Source: Opitutales bacterium (GTDB taxonomy: Bacteria; Verrucomicrobiota; Verrucomicrobiia; Opitutales; UBA2987). From it: 64,000 nt of DNA. The stretch lies in NCBI GenBank assembly GCA_965226885.1, contig CBDDEL010000013.1, positions 448,001 to 512,000 of the forward strand, written 5' to 3'. A program made the position numbers and the translations under genes. Below, piece by piece: positions 1 to 9,585 of the stretch. The notes beneath the pieces are model-generated. The model saw nothing but the letters and a program-made list of their open reading frames with translations, searched no databases and was not told the origin of the DNA. Position 1 is the first letter of the stretch. The number at the start of each line of letters is the position of its first letter.

Positions 1-290
1 GAAGGTAGGTTTGCCTGTCTCCGAAAAACAAAGAGGTTATTTTTTGAGTCAATAACTAGAACCGGGGATTACGAATTCCTTGACTTTTAAATCATCTAAG
101 GCTAGATTTAAACTTCAGGCTTGAATTGCCGTTGGGGAACAATGAAATTGTCCGAATGAAAGCCATACTGTGGAGTTTTGTTTGTTCGCCCCTCGATTTC
201 TTTGAGGACATTGACACCCCAATGGCTGTTGAGGGATAACCTGCAGAGAAAGGGCAATCCCGATGTTTAAAATATTCTCTTACCAAAACG

Positions 291-1092
291 GGTAGTGTAT
301 TAAGTAGGAATGGTGGCTAATTCTTGATTATATTGATGAATGAAAAGTCTCAGACAGGTTTCATGCATACTCTTAAGCTTGGAAAAGGAGAGGGTTTTGC
401 GTGTGAAACGACCCAGTCGTTGGCGCAGGGTATTGTTCCATCGTTCCACATGGGCCGTTTCACCGGTTTCTTTTCCCACGGATCGGTTATGAGGAAAGAC
501 TTCATCATAAGTGCTCCAAAAGTCGCTGTAGGTGGCACATCTTTTGTAGGCCCGTGGCAGACGCTCGTAAAGTTCCCGGCAACGATACCAATCCCGAGGC
601 CCAATGGCATAGGAGAGGATTTGACGGGTGCGTCGGCAAAGAGCGATCCAAACCCATTGGGCATCGCTTTTGCGCCCCACAAAAGACCACAGTTCGTCCA
701 GTTCAATGACATCATGGCGGCGGGCCGCAAGAATCGTGCTTTTGAGCGGTCGCAGCGATTGTCGTTTTTTTTAACCAACTCAAAACGGTGTTGGGACTCA
801 CCCCGAAGGCGCGCTGTAAACCGCGTAGACTGCTGCGTTCCTGATAGACTCGAAGGATCATTTCTTTTTGCTCTTCGGTGTATTTCACTGTGGGGTTTTC
901 GCGGCTTTGTTTACCACAATCATGGCAGCGGTAGCGCTGTTTATGGTTGGGCGTCTTGCCAAATTTAATGATATTTTCACTTCCACAGTGCCGACAATTA
1001 ATAATTTTAGTAACCATGCACTAAGAATAAACTGCCTAACGCTATTTGTACAGCTAAAAATACAAAATAACATTCTTTTTTTATACACTACC
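291..1092 (-). mobile_element. IS1-family element A, copy 1 (802 bp); insA 712..1017, insB frame to 300
   Basis: Terminal IRs ggtagtgtat...atacactacc; 8-bp target duplication ccaaaacg (283-290 / 1093-1100); InsA CxxC...CxxC zinc ribbon plus HTH; InsB ELDELW...SDFW...[14 protein letters not shown] motifs. Confidence 0.97.
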
Positions 1093-1345
1093 CCAAAACG
1101 GAGGCCGATTTGGTAAATATTTGTTGGCGGCTGTATTCCTGACACTAAGCACATTACCCGCCCTTCCGGTCCAAATACCGGATTCTGCCTTGGAAATAGC
1201 TATCCGCGAGACTCTGGGCAAACCTGTGGGAGAGATTACCCAGGCGGATATGGAATCCCTGACTTCCCTTTCGATCTCTGATTTGAATATTGCCGACCTG
1301 ACTGGACTGGAGGCTGCCGTGAATCTGACCACGCTAATCCTCTCC

Positions 1346-1741
1346 AACAACCAGATCAACGATATCAGCGTCCTGAGCGGGCTCACCAGGCTGACCGCGC
1401 TAAGCCTCTCCAACAACCAGATCAGCGATTTCAGCGCCCTGAGCGGGCTCACCTTCCTGAATCAGCTCTGGCTCGAAAACAACCAGATCAGCGATATCAG
1501 CACCCTGAGCGGGTTCACTATACTGACGAGATTATACCTCGGAAACAACCAGATCAGTAATATCAGCGCCCTGAGCGGGCTTACCTTCCTGGATCAGCTC
1601 GGGCTCGAAAACAACCAGATCAGCAATATCAGCGCCCTGAGCGGGCTCACCAGGCTTAGATGGCTCTGGCTCGAAAACAACCAGATCAGCGATATCAGCG
1701 CCTTGAGCGGGTTGGAGCAATTGGCTCTGCTCTGGCTCCAT
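1346..1741 (+). repeat. Six tandem 66-bp LRR-coding repeats
   Basis: aacaaccagatca...gagcggg recurs at 1346, 1412, 1478, 1544, 1610, 1676. Confidence 0.95.
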
Positions 1742-2567
1742 AACAACCATATCACGGATATCGGCGCTTTGGCGGGTTTGATTAATCTTCAGGATGACTT
1801 TCTTTTTGACGGTCTAGGTTTGCGACTTCAGGAAAATTTCATCGACGTGACTCCTGGCTCGTCGCAGCGGCAGATCATCGACAACCTCAATGCCATCGAC
1901 GGGCTCACGGTTGAGTTCGAGCCGCAAAATCTGGACATTTTCCAAGGGCAAACTATCGGTGACTTTCCCGGATGGAAAGCTTCCCCGTGGTATATGAATT
2001 ATAACGTCGATTTTTGGCCGTGGATTTTCCACGACGAACACGACTGGCAGTTTGTCGACTCCGGGAGCACAACGGAAGTTATCTTCGTTTGGGATTTGGG
2101 CCTTGGCGAATGGCTCTTTTTCAACGAAAATACCTACCGCTGGGTGTTCTTGTTTGGGGATAACTCAGGCTGGATTTTTACCTTCGGGGATAACACTCCC
2201 AACAGGCGATATTTTCAAAGGTCTGACGATGGTAGCCTATTCAGCGTACCGGTGGGGTTACCGGTTGATTGAGATAGGGGTGCGCAAACTTAATAATTTA
2301 CCGGGTTCGTTTCTCCAGTTTAGGACAAAGATTTCGATGAATTTTTGAATTCGTTTCCCGTTTACTATTTTTAAGATAGGATTTCATAAAAATTGTTGCT
2401 TATCGAAGAAATTTTGAAAGTTTACCCCAAAGTCCTACCTGACTTCAAAATTTGGGATTATTCGGGATTACTCAGGATAACGTAATAATTCCTCAATATT
2501 TTCACCTGAAGAGACTTGATTACTCTAGATGAAATGAGAGAATTTGAGATAATAACGCCCGTTAGGA

Positions 2568-3284
2568 TTACCGTTTCGATTTCGAAATTGATTTCAAGGG
2601 GTTCAACTTTAATTCGGTACCGATTGCGTGTGTATGCAGCCAGCCGTTGGATTGGGAACTTCGACCAGACAGCACCATGTAGTAAATCGTCAGACCCAGT
2701 TTGGGTGTCAGCCTAAATTGGGCCTTTAAAGGGTATAACCGGTTCTGGTTGCATTTATTCGCATTGAAGTCATAAAAAAATTCATTGCCAAATGCGATTT
2801 TCTCCAACCCTGGAAACCAATTTGCGGGGGTGGAGAAAATTATTCTGGGGCGATACCTGGGGAAGAGTTCTCCTCCCTGATTTTCCTTCCAGCGCAATTC
2901 CAGGCGGTTACGGAAGGAAACTTTAAATTTATTGAGAAGCTGGAAATGTGGATTTACTTCTAATTCCAAACGGTGTGTTCTTTTGAAAGGAATGCCTGAG
3001 CTACTTCTACTTTTTTCGAAACTGTAATTGATTCCCAAATCTAAATTTTTCTTTGGCGAATAAACTAATTTTTGAGACAGTCTCCAATTGAACAGATTTG
3101 AGACTTCCTCATTAAATCTCATTTCAGCTTCCAAGCCGACATCCACCTTTTCCCCATCCCATTCATTGACATTAGCCTTCCACCAGTAATGGAAATCGTT
3201 GTTGAAATCTGCCTTGGCCAGTGGAGTTAGAAGTAGGCTCATCGCCTGGCTGAAAATAATGATTAAGGCGGTAAATTTGATCAT
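2568..3284 (-). CDS. Outer-membrane beta-barrel protein (DUF2490-like)
   Basis: Signal peptide; alternating amphipathic strands; RNRLELRW...RYRPR...NEFF...QNR motifs; overlaps the stop of the methyltransferase gene. Confidence 0.7.
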   Translation of the reverse strand: MIKFTALIIIFSQAMSLLLTPLAKADFNNDFHYWWKANVNEWDGEKVDVGLEAEMRFNEEVSNLFNWRLSQKLVYSPKKNLDLGINYSFEKSRSSSGIPFKRTHRLELEVNPHFQLLNKFKVSFRNRLELRWKENQGGELFPRYRPRIIFSTPANWFPGLEKIAFGNEFFYDFNANKCNQNRLYPLKAQFRLTPKLGLTIYYMVLSGRSSQSNGWLHTHAIGTELKLNPLKSISKSKR

Positions 3285-4006
3285 GTCAAAATCTCTGCCC
3301 GGTGAATCGCCACAATGGAAAATGATAGCCCCCGGGAATCAACTTTTTCAAATCCGGCAGCGCAAATTTCCTCCGTTAGTGTTTTCCGGGACGGGAATTT
3401 CCCGATGGTTTCACCCAGATAATGATAAGCCTCGGGTTTGCCCGTTGCCAGCCTCGCCATGAACGGAAGAATAGACCGCAGGTATAAATAGTAGAAGGGG
3501 CGCAGCCATGCTGCTGGTTGACTGAATTCTAGCACCAGCAAAACGCCGCCCGGTTTACGCAGGACGCGGTGCATTTCGCGCAAACCGCGAGCACGGTTTT
3601 CCAGGTTTCGCAGGCCGAATGCTATGGTTAATAAATCCATTTCTCCGTTAGAAAAAGGTAGTTCTAGGCAATCACCCTGAACAAAATCAACATTTTCCAG
3701 ACAAACTGCCCATTTTTGCTTTTTTTGCAGCAGTTTCTTTTTTTCCTCCGCCTTCTCAAGCATCGGGGCGCAAAAATCGATGCCCGTTATTTGCGCCGAT
3801 CCGGCCAAGGTTTTGGCAAGGGCAAAGACGACATCTCCACTCCCGGTGGCCAGGTCGGCCACGATTTTCGGACGGCTTTGGCGGGCGGCCAAAGCCAGTT
3901 CCCGGCGCCAGTAAAAATCCAGGCCCCCACTGAGCAAGTGGTTGGCTAGATCGTAGCGTCCGGCGATGCCGGCAAACATTTCATTAACGGCGGAAGCCTC
4001 GGGCAT
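3281..4006 (-). CDS. ubiE: Demethylmenaquinone/ubiquinone methyltransferase (UbiE/MenG)
   Basis: VNEMFAGIAGRYDLANHLLSGGLD, DLATGSGD, IAFGLRN, LVLEFS motifs; start placed at ATG4006, just past the clpX-like stop. Confidence 0.92.
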   Translation of the reverse strand: MPEASAVNEMFAGIAGRYDLANHLLSGGLDFYWRRELALAARQSRPKIVADLATGSGDVVFALAKTLAGSAQITGIDFCAPMLEKAEEKKKLLQKKQKWAVCLENVDFVQGDCLELPFSNGEMDLLTIAFGLRNLENRARGLREMHRVLRKPGGVLLVLEFSQPAAWLRPFYYLYLRSILPFMARLATGKPEAYHYLGETIGKFPSRKTLTEEICAAGFEKVDSRGLSFSIVAIHRAEILT

Positions 4007-4013
4007 AAACGGG

Positions 4014-5621
4014 TCAGTCCTCCACTTCTTCCTTGGCTTCCATTTCCTTAAAACTTTCCACCACCATTTGAGAAAGCTCTTTGTCCGGGTTTTCGACGAT
4101 GGCCTGGGTGATGGCAAAAGTAGTATTTCCAGTGTTGCGGGAGACAATTTTGAGGCCGTGCTCAAAATCGCGAAACTTATCCTCGCAGACCGTGCGGATG
4201 GCCTTGTCCGTTTCTATAGCTGCATCGATGAGGGCGTTTATGGCCTCTTCCTCGAATTTCAGTTTCAAACCATGTTCTGCCGAAAACCTGCCCGCAAAGG
4301 CCTCGATATCCTTGCCCATGACTCCTCGTTGGGCGTGCTGGTGCTCTTTGAGGAGTTCATTCAGCGTTTCCTGCGGCTTCACGATGGTATCGGTGGTCAC
4401 TTCGAATCGCTTGACCGCAGTGGAGGGAAGCTCGAATTTATAATTGCGGAAGACGCGTTCAAAAACGGTCAGCAGGCCGCGCGCGCCGGTTTTCTCCTCA
4501 GAAGCCCGTGCGGCGATTTTATCGATGGCTTCCGGAGTGATATTGAAATCGATGTTATAGCCTTTGAAATCGTGTTTGTATTGGGCCAGGATATTACCCT
4601 CCGAACTGGTCAGGATTTGCGCCAAGTCCTCTTTCGTCAACTGGTCGCAGGCTTGCCGGATGGGGAGGCGTCCAATGAATTCGGGCTCGTACCCATATTT
4701 GATAAAATCGGCCGTCTCCACGTATTGGAGAAAGTCGGAGGCATCTCTGGCAGTATCTTCCGAGATGCCGGCAAAACCTATTTTGGAGGCCTGACGCCTC
4801 TTTTTGACGGTATCGGCCAATTTATCGAAAGCGCCGCTGACAATGAAAAGAATATGCCGGGTGCTGATGGTTTTTTTGCGCGTTTTGCCACCGCGGGACA
4901 TTTCCATCATGGCTTGCATCTGGGCCATCATGTCATTCGGACTGAAAAGATTGACCTCGGTATCCTCCATCAGCTTGAGGAGGTTGATCTGCACACCGCG
5001 CCCGGACACATCGCGCCCCATGGCTTCAGTGCTGGACGCGATTTTGTCTATTTCGTCAATGTAAATGATGCCGTACTGGGCAAGATCGACATTGCCGTTG
5101 GCCACCTTGACGAGGTCCCGCACGAGGTCTTCGACATCGTGGCCGACATATCCGGTCTCGGAAAATTTGGTCGCATCGGCCTTCACGAAGGGCACCTTGA
5201 TCAACTTGGCAATGCAGCGCATGAGGTAGGTTTTGCCCACTCCGGTAGGCCCCAGGAGGATGATATTTTGCTTTTGGTATTCTTTTTCCAGGAGATTGGG
5301 ATTCTGGATGCACTGGCGGACATGGTTATAGTGGTCGCAGATAGCCACAGAAAGCACTTTTTTGGCTTCTAACTGTTTGATAACAAAACGGTTAAGAAAA
5401 TCGCGGATCTCTTTGGGCTTTAGGCTGAATTCCTGAATGCGCTTTAAAATGGCCTCATCTTCCCGTTTCGCAGCTTGGGTATCCTGTTGGGGGGCTTTTT
5501 CTCCTTCCGGCGGAGGCATACCGGGGTTTTTGTGAATGCTGAAACTTACATTTTTACCGCCCAAAGCCTCCTGGATTTGTTTTTGTATTTCCTCAAAGGG
5601 ATTTTTCGGTTCGTCGCTCAT
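4014..5621 (-). CDS. ClpX-like AAA+ ATPase without N-terminal zinc finger, with C-terminal extension
   Basis: GPTGVGKT Walker [21 protein letters not shown] Walker [14 protein letters not shown] loop, [14 protein letters not shown]. Confidence 0.88.
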   Translation of the reverse strand: MSDEPKNPFEEIQKQIQEALGGKNVSFSIHKNPGMPPPEGEKAPQQDTQAAKREDEAILKRIQEFSLKPKEIRDFLNRFVIKQLEAKKVLSVAICDHYNHVRQCIQNPNLLEKEYQKQNIILLGPTGVGKTYLMRCIAKLIKVPFVKADATKFSETGYVGHDVEDLVRDLVKVANGNVDLAQYGIIYIDEIDKIASSTEAMGRDVSGRGVQINLLKLMEDTEVNLFSPNDMMAQMQAMMEMSRGGKTRKKTISTRHILFIVSGAFDKLADTVKKRRQASKIGFAGISEDTARDASDFLQYVETADFIKYGYEPEFIGRLPIRQACDQLTKEDLAQILTSSEGNILAQYKHDFKGYNIDFNITPEAIDKIAARASEEKTGARGLLTVFERVFRNYKFELPSTAVKRFEVTTDTIVKPQETLNELLKEHQHAQRGVMGKDIEAFAGRFSAEHGLKLKFEEEAINALIDAAIETDKAIRTVCEDKFRDFEHGLKIVSRNTGNTTFAITQAIVENPDKELSQMVVESFKEMEAKEEVED

Positions 5622-5720
5622 AATTTATTGTTTGACACTACCTTGTAAATTTACAGAAGTATCAGATGATTAGTTAGTTTGACCCTACTTATATTAGCCA
5701 TACCCTAAAATTCAACCACT

Positions 5721-6035
5721 ATGTCCGGCAACCTTACAAAAAGAGACATCGTTCTAAACATCTACGATAAAACGGGTCTTCCCCAAAAAGAAGTTCGCGA
5801 AGTGGTGCAGTTGACCCTTGACGCAATCGCTGAAGCTCTCGCCGAGGGTAGAAATGTGGAATTGCGCAATTTCGGTGTTTTTGAAGTGCAAGTGCGTAAA
5901 TCGCGCATCGGGCGCAATCCCAACAAACCGGAAAAGGATGTCATCATTCCCAAGCGCGCGGTAATCAAGTTTAAAGCGGGAAAGGAACTCAAAGCTGAGC
6001 TTAAAAGCCTCAATCTGGATCGGATTGGGGGCTAG
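5721..6035 (+). CDS. HU/IHF-family DNA-binding protein
   Basis: VELRNFGVFEVQVRKSRIGRNPNKP...KFKAGKELK signature. Confidence 0.95.
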   Translation: MSGNLTKRDIVLNIYDKTGLPQKEVREVVQLTLDAIAEALAEGRNVELRNFGVFEVQVRKSRIGRNPNKPEKDVIIPKRAVIKFKAGKELKAELKSLNLDRIGG

Positions 6036-6083
6036 CGCAGGCTGCATTTCCACTTAACCCTTTGACCGGGGGGAACCATCCTG

Positions 6084-7433
6084 ATGTTCGAAAGTCTTCC
6101 GGGTTTTCGCGACTTTTATCCCGAACAATGCGCCGCGCGCAACCACTTGTTCCGGATTTGGCGGCAAACGGCCAACTCTTTCGGGTTTTCCGAATACGAC
6201 GCTCCCGTTCTCGAACCGCTCGACCTGTTTAGGGAAAAAAGCGGTCCGGAGGTCGTTTCCCAGCTTTTTGCCTTCACTGACAAAGGCGGCCGGGAGGTGG
6301 CCTTGCGGCCGGAAATGACGCCCTCTCTTGCCCGATTGGCCGGGGCCAAGGCGGGCAGCCTCAGGAGGCCCATTAAATGGTTCCATGTCGGAGAGCATTA
6401 CCGCTATGAAAAACCGCAAAGAGGCCGCTTGCGCGCTTTTTACCAATTCAATGCCGATATTCTGGGTGAACCCGGACCCGCCGCCGATGCCGAGTTGATT
6501 GCCCTCTGCATTAAGAGCCTGACCGCCTTTGGCCTGAGCTCGAAAGACTTTCGGATCCGCCTTAGTGACCGGGATATCTGGTTGTATTTTATTGCCGGAT
6601 ACGGAATCGAGGGGGAAGCCGCCGCCCGAACGCTCGAAATTATCGACAAACGGGAAAGGGTGGAACGGGAGGTTTGCCTGGAGAAGTTGGGAGAAATATT
6701 TGGAGGTTCGGCCGAAGATTTTCTGAAAGATGTCGAGAAGCTGGCGAAGGCGACGGTTTTTGAAAGTCTCAATGAAATCCTGCTTGGCTCCGCATCCATC
6801 GGCAGTCGTGCGGAAAACCGTGAAAAAATTGCACAGCGAATGGAGGACTGGAAAGCGCTGCTCGGTTATCTCGAAGCCATGGGTTTGATGGAATATGTGC
6901 AAATCGACCTGGGGATTGTTCGCGGTCTGGCCTATTATACGGGTTTTGTCTTCGAGGCCTTTGAGTGTGGGGGGAAGTTGCGGTCCCTGGCCGGCGGCGG
7001 ACGCTATGACCGGCTGGTGCAAAAACTCGGTTACGGCGAATTGCCGGCCTCCGGGTTTGCCATGGGCGATGTCACACTCTGCGATTTGCTCTCCCGCAAA
7101 AATCTATTGCCTGGCATGGTTGCCGTTCCCGATATCCATGTCATACTGGGCGGGGCCGAGGAGCGCGCAACGGCCCTGAGCGATATCCTGAGCCTACGCG
7201 AGCTTGGGTTGAGGGTTGAATACCCGTTGAAGGAAACCGGGTTTGGGAAACAGTTCAAACAGGCCGGTCAATCCGGCGCTCGATATGCCATGATCTATGG
7301 TTCGGAGGAGCTGGCGGCGGATTCGGTGAAAATCCGGGATATGAAGTCCGGGGGTGAGTTGCTGCTCCCGCGCAGCGAGCTGAAAACCGTCATTATCGAT
7401 CTGCTGGAAACTGGAATTCCTAAGAAACAATAA
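6084..7433 (+). CDS. hisS: Histidine--tRNA ligase
   Basis: LPGFRDFYP, LRPEMTPSLAR, YEKPQRGRLRAFYQFNADILG, IVRGLAYYTG, GGGRYD; C-terminal anticodon-binding domain. Confidence 0.93.
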   Translation: MFESLPGFRDFYPEQCAARNHLFRIWRQTANSFGFSEYDAPVLEPLDLFREKSGPEVVSQLFAFTDKGGREVALRPEMTPSLARLAGAKAGSLRRPIKWFHVGEHYRYEKPQRGRLRAFYQFNADILGEPGPAADAELIALCIKSLTAFGLSSKDFRIRLSDRDIWLYFIAGYGIEGEAAARTLEIIDKRERVEREVCLEKLGEIFGGSAEDFLKDVEKLAKATVFESLNEILLGSASIGSRAENREKIAQRMEDWKALLGYLEAMGLMEYVQIDLGIVRGLAYYTGFVFEAFECGGKLRSLAGGGRYDRLVQKLGYGELPASGFAMGDVTLCDLLSRKNLLPGMVAVPDIHVILGGAEERATALSDILSLRELGLRVEYPLKETGFGKQFKQAGQSGARYAMIYGSEELAADSVKIRDMKSGGELLLPRSELKTVIIDLLETGIPKKQ

Positions 7434-7872
7434 AACCACGGTTGAGCAAGGGAGTCTCATTTCCAGCGATTTTTTGAATCTATTAGGCCAATTGCGCTTC
7501 AGCGCTACATTTTCGTGGCGCGCAGCCGACTTACTCCGTTGTAAATGTACGTTTATGAATTATGCGTCGCTGTGTCCGCAGGTAAAAGGATCCGCGAAAA
7601 GTCTGTATTCGGGAGCCAATCCGATGGCCTGTCGAATCGCAGGTATGTGGTTGACAACTTTTTGGGAGAGGGCGGATTCAAGAGAGCATGTTTACTGATG
7701 CGGGGTGATAATTTCGGAGGCCGCTCTTTCGGCCGTGGCACGGTGGGAGCGGTTTTATCGAAAAAAAGGATTCGGGAATTCGTCGATCTTTTTTATCGGC
7801 AGCCCATTTATCACAAGCGTGCCCAAAGAATGATCGAGCCGCTTGATGACGAGAAGGAATACTACCTTTTGC

Positions 7873-8668
7873 GGTAGTGTTAACATGACGAATGTTTGAT
7901 ATTGCTGTTGTATTCCCAGATGAACAAGCACAGGACGCGAAAATGCATGACCAAAGACTTCGAGAATGACAGCGTTTTACGCACATAGCGTGACAGGGAC
8001 TGTCGCAAGGTATTGTTCCAGCGTTCGATATGGGCGGTTTGGCCGGATTGTTTCCCGCTGGCGCTGTTGTGAGGGAAAGCCTTGTCGTAGCTTTCCCAGT
8101 AATCGCTTACGGTGGCACAGTCGCGATAGGGCTGGGCGATGTTGTGATACAACTGCCAGCACGTTTGATCGCTACGATCACCCAGAGAAAACCCGACGAC
8201 CTGTCGGGTACGTCGACACAAGGCTACCCATAGCCATACCTGCCCCGAACGCTTATCGCCCCAGAATGACCACACCTCGTCCAGTTCCAGCACATCACTA
8301 CACTGGCGGGCAAGCAGAGTGGACTCCAGCTTCGGCAAACTCAGGACTTTTTTTTAATCCATTCGATGACCGTCTTTGGGGCTACCCCGAAGGTACGGTA
8401 AATGGCACGCAGGCTCATCCGGTTTTGGTGCGCACGGAGCACCTGCTTGACCAGCGCCGGAGGATGCTCACGACTTTTGGGGTGAAGCCGAAACTGATAA
8501 CCACACCCCTTGCATCGATACTTCTGAACCCCTTTCGGATCCTTGCCGTGCTTGATGATGTGATCGCTTCCGCATTGAGGACATTTTACTGTGATATGGA
8601 CCATTCCCAGTTCACAACATAATCACGCTAAAAAGTACAGCTTAAACATTCAAAATGTTAACACTACC
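7873..8668 (-). mobile_element. IS1-family element B, copy 1 (796 bp); insA 8341..8604, insB to 7880
   Basis: IRs ggtagtgttaaca...tgttaacactacc; 8-bp TSD ccttttgc (7865-7872 / 8669-8676); insA/insB joined by -1 site A_AAA_AAG. Confidence 0.97.
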
Positions 8669-8793
8669 CCTTTTGCTTACCGAATGCATTGAGGCTTAGC
8701 CGGGAAGTGTTGCACCTTGAGAAAATCCGGGGTTTATTATCTTTTCTTTCTTTACTTATGGGAAAAGCCAGAGATTGTCTTTCAACTTCGCTC

Positions 8794-9585
8794 ATGCAAC
8801 CCATCGCCCAGGAAAATATTTATCGCACCGGCGACGCGGGAATTTCTTTCTTGGCCCGTCAATTCCCGTCGCTGGTTTACTATACCAAGCTCGCTTGTTA
8901 TATACTTAAATATTCGCTTATAGCCGTCCAGGGTAATTTCAAGGATGAGGAGTGGGTTTTAAGCAGCAAAGACGTATTTAAAAACCTGGAATCGGTTGGG
9001 GTTAAGATTGATGTCGAAAACCTCTCTGTTTTATCGAATTTGGAGGGCCCGTGCGTTTTTGTGGGAAACCATATGAGTACCTTCGAGGGATTTTGCTATC
9101 CTTGCATTATCAGGCCCTTCATGCCAATTACCTTCGTCATCAAGGAAGATCTGGTGAAAATGCCCATTCTGAAGCACATCTTCAAGAGCCGAAACCCCAT
9201 TTTAGTGACCCGCAAAACTCCCCGGCAGGATCTGAAAGAAGTTTTGCAAGGCGGGGCGGAGCGGCTCGGCGATGGGATTTCCATTGTCATTTTTCCCCAA
9301 ACCACTCGAACCAATGAGATAAAGGCCGAATCGTTTAATTCCATCGGTGTCAAACTGGCCCGAAGAGCCGCAGTGCCGGTTGTCCCCGTGGCGGTGCAAT
9401 CGGAGGCTTGGGGCTGTGGCAAATGGATTAAGGATATGGGTAAAATCAAACCGGCAAAAAAAATCCGCGTCTGCTTTGGAGAACCACTTCACTTGACTGG
9501 TAATGGACGCAAAGAACAGGAAGAAACATTTCGGTTTATCCAGGAAAAACTCGAAACCTGGAAAAGTATTGATGCCTCCTCTTAG
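8794..9585 (+). CDS. Lysophospholipid (1-acyl-sn-glycerol-3-phosphate) acyltransferase family protein
   Basis: NHMSTFE (NHxxxxD-like), FVIKEDL, IFPQTTR, VPVVPVA motifs; start at ATG8794 is uncertain. Confidence 0.85.
   Translation: MQPIAQENIYRTGDAGISFLARQFPSLVYYTKLACYILKYSLIAVQGNFKDEEWVLSSKDVFKNLESVGVKIDVENLSVLSNLEGPCVFVGNHMSTFEGFCYPCIIRPFMPITFVIKEDLVKMPILKHIFKSRNPILVTRKTPRQDLKEVLQGGAERLGDGISIVIFPQTTRTNEIKAESFNSIGVKLARRAAVPVVPVAVQSEAWGCGKWIKDMGKIKPAKKIRVCFGEPLHLTGNGRKEQEETFRFIQEKLETWKSIDASS

Larger units (their letters stand above)
263..2272 (+). pseudogene. Secreted internalin-like LRR protein with Trp-rich C-terminal domain, interrupted in its signal-peptide region by IS1-A (body 1121..2272)
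   Basis: Removing the IS and one TSD joins ATG263 in frame (MFKIFSYQNG|GRFGKYLLAAVFLTL); internalin-type N-cap IPDSALEIAIRETLGK; 22-aa LRRs LxxLxLxNNQISDISxLSG. Confidence 0.88.

Noticed and set aside
324..968. Recurrent 214/142/218/134-aa ORFs within IS copies
   Set aside because: Alternate-frame or antisense ORFs that recur only because the IS copies are near-identical.
1346..1741. CRISPR-like pattern (about 36-nt repeat plus about 30-nt variable part, 66-bp period)
   Set aside because: Period is exactly 22 codons inside an open LRR frame, the variable parts are mutually similar, and there are no cas genes.
4007..4165. N-terminal extension of UbiE
   Set aside because: Overlaps the clpX-like gene in another frame; ATG4006 fits the family.
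3966..5372. Long antisense ORFs (also 6054..7022, 43960..44946, 49806..50927, 59766..60428)
   Set aside because: Shadows of well-supported genes on the opposite strand, with no recognisable motifs.
7545..7877. Hypothetical ORF ending at IS1-B (would end ...YYLLLTECIEA after IS removal)
   Set aside because: No recognisable domain or clear start; cannot be supported as a gene from sequence alone.
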